Below, in pieces: positions 17,586 to 27,812 of a DNA stretch of 64,000 bases. The DNA is taken from assembly GCA_002418265.1 (NCBI GenBank), contig DIDS01000014.1:72588-136587 (forward strand), read 5' to 3'. The position numbers and the translations under genes were made by a program. Source of the stretch: Acidimicrobiia bacterium UBA5794 (GTDB taxonomy: Bacteria; Actinomycetota; Acidimicrobiia; Spongiisociales; UBA5794). Numbering within the stretch: the first letter of the stretch is position 1; every line of letters begins with the position of its first letter. The notes under the pieces are model-generated. The model was not told where the DNA came from, ran no database searches, and saw nothing but the letters and a program-made list of their open reading frames with translations.

Positions 17586-19016
17586 ATGACAGAGGCGGTC
17601 ACGTTCGTCATCTTCGGTGCAACCGGGCACCTCTCACGAACCAAACTGCTTCCCTCGCTCGCCAAAGTCATCGATCACGAAGACCTCAGCGGACATGCCG
17701 TCGTCGGCGTCGGAAGCCGAGACCGATCAACCGAGGACTTTGTGACGTTCGTACGTGAGAGCCTCACATCGGCACAGGTCGATCCCCGAGTGTCCGAGCG
17801 ATTCCTATCGGGTACCTTCAGTTATCACGCTGTATCGGATGAAGCATCGTACAAAGATCTCGCCGCGCACGTGGAGCGCATCGAGGCGGCCAATTCCATG
17901 CCTGCCAATCGACTCTTGTACCTGGCCGTTCCGCCATCGAAACTTGACGCAACCATCGGCGGAATCGCTGCATCCGGTCTCGATTCAGGCGCAGGCTGGA
18001 CACGCCTCGTGGTCGAGAAACCCTTCGGATCAGATCTTGCATCCGCAGTGCGATCGAACGAGATCATCCATGCCTCCTTTTCCGAAGAGCAGGTCTACCG
18101 GATCGATCACTTCCTCGGAAAGGAGACGGTTCGAAACCTCCTCGTGTTCCGATTCACCAACAGCCTCTTTGAACAGACATGGAATCGGCGCCACATTGAG
18201 TCGGTCGAGATCACGGTCGCCGAAAGCACGGGCGTAGATGGACGGTCCGCCTATTTCGACGAGAGCGGAACAGTGCGCGACATGGTTCAGAATCACCTCA
18301 CCCAGATCCTCACGCTGACGGCGATGGAGCCACCCGTGGTCATGGATGCAGCGTCGATCCATGCCGAGAAGGTGAAGGTTCTCTCCGCCGTTCGACCGAT
18401 CGATCCCGCTGACGTCGTACTCGGCAGATACGGGGCAGGATGGATCGGTGATGAGCCAGTTGTCGGATACCTTGATGAACCAGACGTATCGGACGATTCG
18501 ATCACACCAACCTTCGCTGCTCTACGAATCAACGTCGACAACTGGCGATGGCATGGTGTGCCGTTCTATCTACGTACAGGGAAACGGATGGCGAAACGAA
18601 CCTCTCTGGTCACCGTCAGGTATCTCCGACCGCCCATTTGCCTCTTCCACGCGGCAGGCACCTGTCGGGGACACCAAAACGTGTTGACACTGCGGCTCCA
18701 GCCCGACGAAGGCTTCGAGCTACTCATCGACGTCAAGCAACCCGGCCCCGATTCGATGATCGGCCAAATACCGCTGTCTGTGAGCTACGACGAAATTCTC
18801 GAATCGGCGCCCGATGCATACGAAACCCTGCTCGCTGATGTTATCTGGGGAGACCAGACCCTGTTCGTCAGGTCAGATGAGGTCGAAGCAGCCTGGAAGC
18901 TGTACGAACCGCTACTGGATCGCGCCGACATCCACGCCTATCCGGCTGGATCCCATGGACCCGAAAGCGCCGAGCGGCTGATCGTGACCGAGCCCGGCAT
19001 CTGGACCAGGATCTGA
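17586..19016 (+). CDS. zwf: Glucose-6-phosphate 1-dehydrogenase
   Basis: GATG, VEKPFG, RIDHFLGKE, RDMVQNH, RWHGVPFYLRTGK. Confidence 0.95.
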   Translation: MTEAVTFVIFGATGHLSRTKLLPSLAKVIDHEDLSGHAVVGVGSRDRSTEDFVTFVRESLTSAQVDPRVSERFLSGTFSYHAVSDEASYKDLAAHVERIEAANSMPANRLLYLAVPPSKLDATIGGIAASGLDSGAGWTRLVVEKPFGSDLASAVRSNEIIHASFSEEQVYRIDHFLGKETVRNLLVFRFTNSLFEQTWNRRHIESVEITVAESTGVDGRSAYFDESGTVRDMVQNHLTQILTLTAMEPPVVMDAASIHAEKVKVLSAVRPIDPADVVLGRYGAGWIGDEPVVGYLDEPDVSDDSITPTFAALRINVDNWRWHGVPFYLRTGKRMAKRTSLVTVRYLRPPICLFHAAGTCRGHQNVLTLRLQPDEGFELLIDVKQPGPDSMIGQIPLSVSYDEILESAPDAYETLLADVIWGDQTLFVRSDEVEAAWKLYEPLLDRADIHAYPAGSHGPESAERLIVTEPGIWTRI

Positions 19017-21470
19017 CTCGTCGACCGATGATGGCAGTTCGAGCCGGAAGACGGACGCGCCGTCATAGTGATAGGTGAGGCTTCCACGCATGAGCTCGGC
19101 AAGTGTCCGCGACACCGCCAGACCGAGCCCAACTGACCCCGGGCGGCCAGCCGTTTCATGTGCCCGTTCGTACGGTTCAAAAATGCGTTCGCGATCTTCT
19201 TCCGCGATCGGGGCACCGTTGTCGCGCACTTCGATCACACAGACACCCGCTATCACCTCACCGACCACCTCAATCTCACTCCCTCCGTAGCGAATCGCGT
19301 TCGAAACGAGGTTTCGCAGAATCTGACGAAGACGAATCGGATCGGCATCGATCGTGGCCCTGGGAACGTCGGCCTCAATCACGCGAGAGGTGTGGGACTC
19401 GAAACCTGCGAGCACCCCCGAAACCTCAGCGGCAACGTCGACAGGAATGATCTGGACCGAAACGTTGCCGATGTTCGCACGAGCCGCCACAAGCAGGTCC
19501 TCGATCAAGTCCGCCATGTCTTGACTCTGACCGACAAGCATGGATGTGAACTCATCCATCTCCTCATCCGACAGCGACATCCATCGCTGCCTCAGTTCGT
19601 GTGCAAGGCCACTGACAACCGTCAATGGTGTGCGTAGTTCGTGCGACACGCTCGCGACGAATGCATCCTTGGACTTGACGAGCGCCTCTAATTTGGCGTT
19701 CACCCCAGCCCGGTCAACGGCCGCCGCCAGAACGTTCGTAACGGAGTACAGGAAGTTGAGATCGTCCGCTGTGAAGACGCGTTCGTTTCGTGACAAGACG
19801 ACGAGCGTTCCGAAATCAATCTCCTTTCCGGGAACCATCAACGCGATGCACGACTTGTATCCCGCCTCCAGAAGGGCTGGCGCAGCGAACCGCACTTCGG
19901 CAGCAGTTCGGAGAAAAACAGGTGATGCGGCCATGTGTGTCCGATCGGCGACTCCAGAAAGGACGGATGCCTCCACTCCAATGTTTCGGTTGGAACCGAC
20001 GGTTTGGAAGAACCCCTTCGAATCGCGTCGCAAGACCGCGACGCTGTCGGTCGCGAGCACCTCGGAAACCACATCCGACAGCGCATCGCACAACAACGCA
20101 ACATCCTCACACTCAAGTGCCAACTGCCCGATTGATGCCGCAGCCTCTTGCTGGACCGCGCGAACCCACAGTTCGTCTTCGACGTTGCGCCGGGCGGTCA
20201 CATCCACCATTGCCCCCTCGTAGTACGGCCCCGTCGGTGATTCGATCAACCGTGATGTGTCGCGTATCCAGCGGAGGGAGCCGTCGTGCGTCTTGACCCG
20301 CCACTCGTATCCTGCAACGACCCCCTCCTTGTTGAGGAGTTCGGTGAGCTGGTCGCGGTCAGCTTCATCGGCGTAATAGCTGCGCGCATTCCTTCCAAGG
20401 ATCTCCTCCTTGGTGGTGGCTCCGAGCAGCTCAACAAGGGCGTCGTTGACATGAGAGATACTCCCATCGGGGTGTGTTCGATACAGCGCAACAGGAATCC
20501 GCTCAAAGAAGGCCCGATAGTCGACGCGTGTCCGCCTGAGCTTCTCTTCTGCTATTGCTTGACCGGATCGGTCGTGAAACATGAGTTGCATCGCATGGTC
20601 ATGCCCATAGTCAACTGAATTGGCAGATAGATCGACCCAGACGACGTTGCCGTCGGCATCACGGAACTGGACCTGCTGACTCTCGACGGTTTCCCACAGG
20701 TTGAGAACTCGACCTCGGAGCTCCTTGAAGAGCCGCATGGAGTCTTTGTCGACGTAGTTTGTCATCTTGGTTCCTGCGATCGACACACCTCCCGAACCAA
20801 GCATCGTGTTGGCGGCTTCGTTGGCGTAGAGGATGAGGTTCTCAACAACGACAATGAAACCAATCGGAGCGGTGTCCATCAATTTGCGATATCGCTCCTC
20901 CCCTGTCTCGGCAGCGTCGTTGACGGCGGAGAAGTACCGATCGATCAGGGTGAACGCAACATACGATCCGATAAGACCTGCCGTTGCGCCGAGGAGAAGT
21001 AATGGACTCACGTCGGCCGCTGCGTTGACGGGCAATTCGGCAAGTGCCGAGTCTGCAAAGGAGACGACAACCAGCTTCGACAGCTGGAGGGCTATGGCGA
21101 GCCCGGCAACGAAACGTCCTTCTCGCGATGACCCCAGGAGTACGGCGTAGCCGATGGCCCACATGGTGAGCATGAGCGAAAGCCCGCTGACTTCGGGAGC
21201 GAAAAGCCAAAGTCCATACGCGATGACAAGGTCCCAAGCGGCAGCTGCCTTCACACCGGTTCCTTCTCGTGACTGACGCACCACAAATGGCGTGATGGTT
21301 GCTATCACAATCACCAAGACACCGAACACGACCGTTACCGATCTTGTCGACGTTGCGGTCGGTATGAACAGCGCAGGAATACCAGCAGCGAGGTAGACAA
21401 CGGCGCGGACGCGTAGAAGGGTCACGATCAAGTGCCCTCTCTCCTCGCGCACGGTCATGCCAGAAGACAT
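18912..21470 (-). CDS. Membrane PAS-PAS-GAF sensor histidine kinase
   Basis: TM region, two PAS-like domains, GAF, SHELRTPL, NLVSNA, DNG, GLGL. Confidence 0.9.
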   Translation of the reverse strand: MSSGMTVREERGHLIVTLLRVRAVVYLAAGIPALFIPTATSTRSVTVVFGVLVIVIATITPFVVRQSREGTGVKAAAAWDLVIAYGLWLFAPEVSGLSLMLTMWAIGYAVLLGSSREGRFVAGLAIALQLSKLVVVSFADSALAELPVNAAADVSPLLLLGATAGLIGSYVAFTLIDRYFSAVNDAAETGEERYRKLMDTAPIGFIVVVENLILYANEAANTMLGSGGVSIAGTKMTNYVDKDSMRLFKELRGRVLNLWETVESQQVQFRDADGNVVWVDLSANSVDYGHDHAMQLMFHDRSGQAIAEEKLRRTRVDYRAFFERIPVALYRTHPDGSISHVNDALVELLGATTKEEILGRNARSYYADEADRDQLTELLNKEGVVAGYEWRVKTHDGSLRWIRDTSRLIESPTGPYYEGAMVDVTARRNVEDELWVRAVQQEAAASIGQLALECEDVALLCDALSDVVSEVLATDSVAVLRRDSKGFFQTVGSNRNIGVEASVLSGVADRTHMAASPVFLRTAAEVRFAAPALLEAGYKSCIALMVPGKEIDFGTLVVLSRNERVFTADDLNFLYSVTNVLAAAVDRAGVNAKLEALVKSKDAFVASVSHELRTPLTVVSGLAHELRQRWMSLSDEEMDEFTSMLVGQSQDMADLIEDLLVAARANIGNVSVQIIPVDVAAEVSGVLAGFESHTSRVIEADVPRATIDADPIRLRQILRNLVSNAIRYGGSEIEVVGEVIAGVCVIEVRDNGAPIAEEDRERIFEPYERAHETAGRPGSVGLGLAVSRTLAELMRGSLTYHYDGASVFRLELPSSVDESDPGPDAGLGHDQPLGAFGSMGSSRIGVDVGAIQ

Positions 21471-21545
21471 GGGTTTGCATCGGCACGTCGGTGGCTTCCC
21501 TTGAAGGAAGGCAGAAAGCGGACAACGGTCCTCAGATCTCAATGC

Positions 21546-21896
21546 TCAGATTGCCTGACCGACGATGAGACCAAGAGCTGCTGCTGCGACGCCCGAGATG
21601 AGAGGAACCACGGTCGCGGCGATCTTGGGTTTCGGGTCTCGTTCGTCATCGATCTCGACCATCCACGTGGAGAATGTCGTCAAACCACCGAGCACACCCA
21701 CAGTCAGTGGTTGGGTGTCGAATGTGGCGATGGAGATGTGTAACCCGTACGCGACGCCAAGTATGAATGCGCCCGTGATGTTCACGACGGTGGTTCCGAT
21801 CGGAAATCCCGTATCCGTGGTGCCGAGCCACAGGGTCGTGAGCCATCTGACAACGGCTCCGACCCCACCGCCAATGACGATCAAGGCGACGATCAC
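21546..21896 (-). CDS. crcB: Fluoride channel Fluc/CrcB subunit 2
   Basis: GGGVGAVVRW, GTTVVN, GGLTTFS; GTGA overlap with upstream crcB. Confidence 0.88.
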   Translation of the reverse strand: MIVALIVIGGGVGAVVRWLTTLWLGTTDTGFPIGTTVVNITGAFILGVAYGLHISIATFDTQPLTVGVLGGLTTFSTWMVEIDDERDPKPKIAATVVPLISGVAAAALGLIVGQAI

Positions 21897-22285
21897 CAGC
21901 GAGTTCCATTCGATCGCCCGGTCGCCACACGTCCGCCAACCAGTCGTCCGGCAACGGCTGCCACAACACCAAGCGACACTGAGACAGCAATCCATGCAGC
22001 CGAGCCGACCCAGATTCCGGCATCGGCGAGGAGCACTGACTCCAGGGCAAACGCCGAAAACGTCGTAAACGATCCCAGGAACCCGACAGCGAAGAAACGG
22101 TTGACGTGGACGTGATGGGATGACGCCCTTGCGAGAAACCATCCGAGGATGAAAGCCCCAACCACGTTGACGAACATCAGTGAGCCACGGCCCCCATCAC
22201 CAATAATGTTGACGACAACGCGCATCGCCGTGCCTGCCGCACCACCGGCAAAGACAAAGATGAGTTCACGAACATGTTTGGGCAT
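21893..22285 (-). CDS. crcB: Fluoride channel Fluc/CrcB subunit 1
   Basis: GGAAGTAMR, VNVVGAF, GFLGSFTTFS. Confidence 0.88.
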   Translation of the reverse strand: MPKHVRELIFVFAGGAAGTAMRVVVNIIGDGGRGSLMFVNVVGAFILGWFLARASSHHVHVNRFFAVGFLGSFTTFSAFALESVLLADAGIWVGSAAWIAVSVSLGVVAAVAGRLVGGRVATGRSNGTRW

Positions 22286-22315
22286 CTGGACGAAGTTACA
22301 CGCACCGCGTTGCCA

Positions 22316-24010
22316 CTAGGCGTCGCACTCACTCGATTCGCCGTCAGCATCCGCCCGAATCCCCGCGTCCTGATCCCGGATCACGGAGGCAACCTTGCCC
22401 CGTATCCGTTGAAGATCGGGGATGGGATGACCAATGGTGTCCCAACCTGGCGCGTAGTAGCCGGGGTTGAATCCCACCGTTTCGATGTCCGAGAAATCAA
22501 GCCTCGCGGTCATCTCAAGCATGTCTGCTGCAAAGGTCACGGGCAGATCCGTCACCATCGAACCATCCAGGGCATCGACAATTCCCCCAAGTCCGCGAAG
22601 CAAGGTGAACGGTGTCGACTTGGCGGCGACAGCACGCAACATGCAGCGCTGGCGTTGCATACGGACATAGTCACTCGATCCCTTCCGTGCCCGGACATAG
22701 GCCAACGCCTCAAGACCGTCGAGACGGTGCCACCCGACATCAACATCCACCGTTGCCCACGGATCACCCTCACGGGGAGGTGAGACCTCGGACTGCAATG
22801 GCTCCTGCACATAGACGTCGACACCGCCGATCGCCTCAACGAGGTCCACGAACGCTGCCATGTCCACCAGGACGTAGTAGTCAATCTTGAGACCGGTTGC
22901 GTTCGACAGCACATCGCGTAGTGCCGCCATGCCGGGATCTGCTTCGTTGGGATACGTCTTGGTCCACTTGCGTGTGAACGGATACAGCGCGTTGAGTTGT
23001 TCTGGGAAGCACCGACACGAGGTGAAGCTGTCCACGGTGGTCTGTGTCTCACCCTCAGCCTCGCCCTCAGCCTCGCCCTCGGCCTCGCCCTCAGGTGCTG
23101 TGGCAGTCCTCGCAAGAATCTTTCTCTCAAGACTGGCGAATGCTCCACCCCAACCGGAGGGAAGCGGCATACTTCCCAGATTCCTCGGGAATCCGAACAG
23201 GGCGGCCTTCCCCGTTTGGGGATTGATCGTCGCAACCATCATCGTATCGGTTCGCAATCCACCTCTTCCGGGTCCGCCGTCGCCACCGGCAAGGAGAATC
23301 GTGATCCGGTCCGAACCGACACGTTCCTCGAATGGCAGCAGAGGGACGCCAGCCACCTCGTTCTGCCTTGATGCGAGATCGTTCTCCAACGCCTCGATCG
23401 CATCCGGATCCCCAAATCCCTCCTCAAAGATTCGGCTCCGCACAATCATTTCCGACGTTGCCTCGTGGTGATAGACCGTCACGACCGGATCGGCGACGAT
23501 GTCAGCGTCAGAGCCGACAGGGATCACCGGGGTGTCGGGCGGATCGTTGTCCCCTGCAAAGACGATGTCGAGAAGGCGCATGGCGTCAACGGTCGTCGTT
23601 GCGACGAACACATGTGGCACTACAACGAATGCCACAAGAACGGTTCCGCCCACGATCACCGCTGGCCGCGCCCACTCCCGTTTCGGCGCTTGAGCAAGGA
23701 GATAGGCGTCGACCGCACTCGCCAATCGCCATATCGCGGCAACCACATTTCCAGCAAAAAGGGTCCACAGCGCCGGCTTGGAGAGCGCTGCCCCAACGAG
23801 ATCGAACTTGTCGACATCCAACACGACATAACCAACGAGGACGATCGCGATCGGTGACGCCCACACAGCCGCCCGGAAATAGCGACGAAGGTACAGGTGT
23901 CCGGCACCGGGGATGAGGACGCTCAATCCAGCAGCAATCCAGGGCCGGTGCGGGGCGGGATTGCTGGCACTATCGACATCTTTTGTTCCGAGGGCATCGT
24001 TGTGCGTCAT
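22316..24010 (-). CDS. LCP (LytR-CpsA-Psr) family cell-wall ligase
   Basis: RTDTMM, FPRN, IDYYV, GGVDV, YVRAR, DYVRMQRQ; N-terminal TMs. Confidence 0.88.
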   Translation of the reverse strand: MTHNDALGTKDVDSASNPAPHRPWIAAGLSVLIPGAGHLYLRRYFRAAVWASPIAIVLVGYVVLDVDKFDLVGAALSKPALWTLFAGNVVAAIWRLASAVDAYLLAQAPKREWARPAVIVGGTVLVAFVVVPHVFVATTTVDAMRLLDIVFAGDNDPPDTPVIPVGSDADIVADPVVTVYHHEATSEMIVRSRIFEEGFGDPDAIEALENDLASRQNEVAGVPLLPFEERVGSDRITILLAGGDGGPGRGGLRTDTMMVATINPQTGKAALFGFPRNLGSMPLPSGWGGAFASLERKILARTATAPEGEAEGEAEGEAEGETQTTVDSFTSCRCFPEQLNALYPFTRKWTKTYPNEADPGMAALRDVLSNATGLKIDYYVLVDMAAFVDLVEAIGGVDVYVQEPLQSEVSPPREGDPWATVDVDVGWHRLDGLEALAYVRARKGSSDYVRMQRQRCMLRAVAAKSTPFTLLRGLGGIVDALDGSMVTDLPVTFAADMLEMTARLDFSDIETVGFNPGYYAPGWDTIGHPIPDLQRIRGKVASVIRDQDAGIRADADGESSECDA

Positions 24011-24091
24011 GCATCACCTCCTCGCACATGCGTACTGCACGGAAACGTACTCGGAACACCGTGTATCGGTGTCAACAGACGGTGTTCAGAA

Positions 24092-25681
24092 TCAGACACG
24101 GCATTCAGAATCCTCGCCTGAGTCAAATGACGTCGTTTCCGTGGCGTTGAACGCCACCTTCACCATTGCTTGGATTCGAGCAAGATCGGGGGTCGGCTTC
24201 CCTCGAAAATCGAGAACGGGTGTGTAGAACGGAGGCACAAACCCCACCGTTGCGATGTCATCAAAGTCCAGTGACGCCGTGTTCTCAAGAAGAGTCGGGA
24301 GATAGCTGAGCGGGATGTCCGTCTTGACACTGCTCGCCATTGCTTTTGAGAGATTGGAGAATCGGGTCAGGATCGTCGATGGCGTGGCCTTTGCCGCCAC
24401 AGCCTTGAGGAGACACCGTTGTCGCTCCATCCGGACATAGTCGTTGCTCGATCGGCGTTCCCTGACATACCCGAGGGCGTCAAGGCCGTTGAGGTGACGC
24501 CAGCCGGGCCCTACCTGGACCGTATGCCAAGGGTCGCCCTCCCTGGTCGGGGACATCTCGATCGACACATATCGCTTGACATACACATCAACACCCCCAA
24601 GGGCGTTGACGACGTTCACGAACCCCCGCATGTTCACAAACGCGTAGTAATCGATCTCGAATCCAAGCATGATCTCGAGCGTGTCACGCAGCGCGGCCAA
24701 ACCGGGTTCGCGCTCATTCGGATAGGTCTCAGTCCACGTGCGGGTGAAGGGATAGATCGCATTGATCTGGTCGGGAAAACAATGGCACGGAACGAATTGA
24801 TCCGGCTCTCCGTCACCATCATCGTCGGTCCACGCGCGACGCTCTTTCCATGGTGTCAATTGCTTCTCAAGATCCACGAATGCGGTGGACCAGCGATTGG
24901 GAAGCGGGACATGGGTCATGTTGCGAGGTATGCCGAAGATCGCAGCCTTCCCTGTGTTGACATCAAAAGTCGCGACGTTGATCGAATCAGTCCGAGAGCC
25001 TGACCGTCCCGGCCCTCCGTCTCCGCCTGCCAGAAGGATTGCGATCCGACCGTCACCGTCGGCCTGGTGATCAAAGGAGTCGCCCCGCTCCCTATCTCGG
25101 GTCGGTACAAATGCAATGTCATCGGTCGCGTCTTCCGCACCCATGAGGCTCGGGTCGAAACGCTCGACACCGGGCACAAACGCCGGTTCAACAACAACCG
25201 GGTCAGGGACCGTCGGGAGAGCTTTCTCGTCGAGATGAGGGTCGTAATCCTCAAATACGAAGGGCTCCGGTTCGGCGTTGACATCAGCAACGAAGACTTC
25301 GTCGAGAGCGTGGGCCGCATCGAGGGTGTATTGGGCAACGACGAGATGGGGAAGCGCAACCGCCACAGAGAGTCCAGCCACAATGGCGATCTTCCACCAT
25401 GCCCGTGATCCCGCTCCCAAAGAGAAGGCATCGGTCACGGCAAGGATTCGCCAGATGACAACAAGGAGGTTGACGATCAGGATCGACTTGAGCACCGTGG
25501 GACGCACGGCATATCCGATGAGATCGAATGTCGAAAGGTCAAGGATGAACAAGCTTGCGACCACACCGACGACGATCGGCAACGCATAGAGCGCGGCGCG
25601 GCGCCATCGACCCATGTAGCCCTGTCCGAGACCCGGGATCAAAGCCGACAGAAAAGCGGCGATCACACCGTTGTTCTTCAC
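24092..25681 (-). CDS. LCP family cell-wall ligase (tandem paralog)
   Basis: RTDSI, IPRN, IDYYA, GGVDV, YVRER, DYVRMERQ. Confidence 0.88.
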   Translation of the reverse strand: MKNNGVIAAFLSALIPGLGQGYMGRWRRAALYALPIVVGVVASLFILDLSTFDLIGYAVRPTVLKSILIVNLLVVIWRILAVTDAFSLGAGSRAWWKIAIVAGLSVAVALPHLVVAQYTLDAAHALDEVFVADVNAEPEPFVFEDYDPHLDEKALPTVPDPVVVEPAFVPGVERFDPSLMGAEDATDDIAFVPTRDRERGDSFDHQADGDGRIAILLAGGDGGPGRSGSRTDSINVATFDVNTGKAAIFGIPRNMTHVPLPNRWSTAFVDLEKQLTPWKERRAWTDDDGDGEPDQFVPCHCFPDQINAIYPFTRTWTETYPNEREPGLAALRDTLEIMLGFEIDYYAFVNMRGFVNVVNALGGVDVYVKRYVSIEMSPTREGDPWHTVQVGPGWRHLNGLDALGYVRERRSSNDYVRMERQRCLLKAVAAKATPSTILTRFSNLSKAMASSVKTDIPLSYLPTLLENTASLDFDDIATVGFVPPFYTPVLDFRGKPTPDLARIQAMVKVAFNATETTSFDSGEDSECRV

Positions 25682-25736
25682 ACCGTTCTCGTTCCTCCGC
25701 TACCTCAAGCCTACGCAGCCCGCCAACTTGTGCGAG

Positions 25737-25832
25737 TCAGACGTCAGACGTCAGAGAGCCCCCCTGCCCCTCGCTGCGCTCGGCGCGTCCCCCCGCAAGC
25801 GGGAGGACGGGAAGAAGAAGTCAGACGTCAGA
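25737..25832 (+). repeat. REP-like element flanked by CAGACGT heptamers
   Basis: Near-identical to 2391-2450. Confidence 0.9.
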
Positions 25833-25873
25833 AACCAGCGAGCGAAGTGAGCTCTCCGCTCTACCCTCGCACC

Positions 25874-27694
25874 ATGCCTCACGAATCTCTCCGTAATGTC
25901 GCGCTCATCGCTCATGTTGATCACGGCAAGACCACCCTCGTTGATGGGCTGCTTCGGGCTGCGGGTGTCTTCGCAGACCATGAGAAGCCGGTCGAACGCA
26001 TCATGGACTCCAACGACCAGGAGCGGGAACGAGGGATCACGATCCTCGCCAAAGCGGCGTCGATCGTCTGGCGTGGCGTCAAGATCAATCTGGTTGATAC
26101 CCCTGGACACGCCGATTTCGGCGGCGAAGTTGAGCGAGCCCTCGCCCTTGTCGACGGTGTGTTGCTCCTCGTTGATGCCGCCGAGGGACCGATGCCGCAA
26201 ACCCGTTACGTACTTTCCAAGGCGCTCGCCCTCTCTCTGCCCGTCGTGGTCGTTGTGAACAAGGTGGATCGACCCGACGCTCGACCGGCTGCGGTCGTGG
26301 ATGAGATTTACGAACTGTTCTTCGACCTCGACGCGAAGGAGGATCAGATCGAGTTTCCCATCGTGTCGGCCGTCGCTCGCAATGGGATCTCAGTCCGAGG
26401 TATCGGCATGCCGGATGATGACGCGACTCTGGCGCCAATCCTCGATGCGATCATCGAGACCATTCCCGAGCCGGAAGGCGATTCCTCCGCTCCGGTGCAA
26501 GCGATCGTCACCAATCTGGATGCAAGCGACTATCTGGGCAGACTGGCGATCGGTCGAGTGATACGAGGAACGATGGTCGCCGGCACACCGATCGCCCTCC
26601 TGCAAGACAACGGCGCCCCTCCCATCAAGCGCAAACTTGGACAATTGATGGGGTTCGTCGATCTCGGGCGCATCGATGTGACCGAGCGAATTGCGGGCGA
26701 TCTCTTCGTTGTCGCAGGATTCCCTGAGGTACAGATCGGTGACACATTCTCAGATCCTGAGACCATCGAAGCTCTGCCGAGGCTCGAGGTCGACGAACCC
26801 GTGCTCACGATGACATTTGGTGTCAACACGTCGCCGCTCGCTGGTACGGAGGGCACCTATCTCACGTCGCGACAGATCAAGGAACGCCTCGACAAAGAAG
26901 TCCTTGGCAACGTCTCGATCCGAATCGGCGAAACTGCCTCACCTGAAGTGATTGAAGTCGCCGGTCGCGGTGAACTCCAGCTCGCGGTTCTGATTGAATC
27001 GATGCGCCGCGAGGGCTATGAGCTACAGGTCTCACGACCCGAGGTCATCGTCAAGGTGATTGACGGTAAGGAACACGAACCCCTCGAGACAGTCACCGTT
27101 GACGTCCCAGACGAATATGTCGGTACTGTCACACAGGCGATCGCACCCCGCAAGGGTCGCATCACCCGGCTCAATCCGGGCGAGCATGGCAGAACGATCA
27201 TCGCGTTCACTGCCCCTTCGCGGGGACTCCTTGGATTGCGTTCTCATCTGATGACAACGACTCGTGGTACTGCTCTCGTCCACATGCACCACGAAGGTTG
27301 GGTGCCCTGGGTTGGCGAACTCCCCCACCGCCATGGAGGCGCAATGGTCGCCGACCGTCGTGGAACCTCGACCGGGTTTGCGCTCGACAATCTCCAAAAG
27401 CGTGGCGAGTTGTTCATCGATGCTGGTGTTGAGGTGTACGAGGGCATGGTCGTCGGGGAGGCTTCGCGACCAGAGAACATGGTCGTCAACGTCACAAAGG
27501 GAAAGCAACTCACCAACATTCGCACGCACTCCACCGATGATGCCATCAATCTCAAGCCGCCACGCGACATGGGTCTGGAACCGGCAATTGAGTGGATCGC
27601 TGCCGACGAACTGGTTGAGATCACACCTCAGTCGATACGGATACGCAAGAAGCTCCTCACCGAACCCGAGCGGAAGAGGGCAAAGACGAAATAG
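25874..27694 (+). CDS. typA: Translational GTPase TypA/BipA
   Basis: [38 protein letters not shown]. Confidence 0.97.
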   Translation: MPHESLRNVALIAHVDHGKTTLVDGLLRAAGVFADHEKPVERIMDSNDQERERGITILAKAASIVWRGVKINLVDTPGHADFGGEVERALALVDGVLLLVDAAEGPMPQTRYVLSKALALSLPVVVVVNKVDRPDARPAAVVDEIYELFFDLDAKEDQIEFPIVSAVARNGISVRGIGMPDDDATLAPILDAIIETIPEPEGDSSAPVQAIVTNLDASDYLGRLAIGRVIRGTMVAGTPIALLQDNGAPPIKRKLGQLMGFVDLGRIDVTERIAGDLFVVAGFPEVQIGDTFSDPETIEALPRLEVDEPVLTMTFGVNTSPLAGTEGTYLTSRQIKERLDKEVLGNVSIRIGETASPEVIEVAGRGELQLAVLIESMRREGYELQVSRPEVIVKVIDGKEHEPLETVTVDVPDEYVGTVTQAIAPRKGRITRLNPGEHGRTIIAFTAPSRGLLGLRSHLMTTTRGTALVHMHHEGWVPWVGELPHRHGGAMVADRRGTSTGFALDNLQKRGELFIDAGVEVYEGMVVGEASRPENMVVNVTKGKQLTNIRTHSTDDAINLKPPRDMGLEPAIEWIAADELVEITPQSIRIRKKLLTEPERKRAKTK

Positions 27695-27705
27695 CCGCGC
27701 GACAT

Positions 27706-27808
27706 CCGATGACCGATGACCGTACTCCGATGACCGTACTCTGAAATCAAGAGTCCAGCTCGTTGGACTCCACGTATCGGTTATCGGTAATCGGTAATCG
27801 GTAGTCGG
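27706..27808. repeat. Inverted heptamer arrays around a central hairpin; possible bidirectional terminator
   Basis: (CCGATGA/CCGTACT)x5 at 27706-27740, hairpin GAGTCCA-6nt-TGGACTC at 27751-27770, (T/A)ATCGGT x4 at 27775-27802. Confidence 0.75.
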
Positions 27809-27812
27809 ACTT

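Noticed and set aside
15545..19016. galU-tal-zwf lacking opcA/pgl as a novelty
   Set aside because: Variable gene order is common and the missing genes may lie elsewhere.
22286..22315. Fluoride riboswitch upstream of the crcB pair
   Set aside because: Only a 30-nt gap and no GGCGATGG..TTCGCC-type core.
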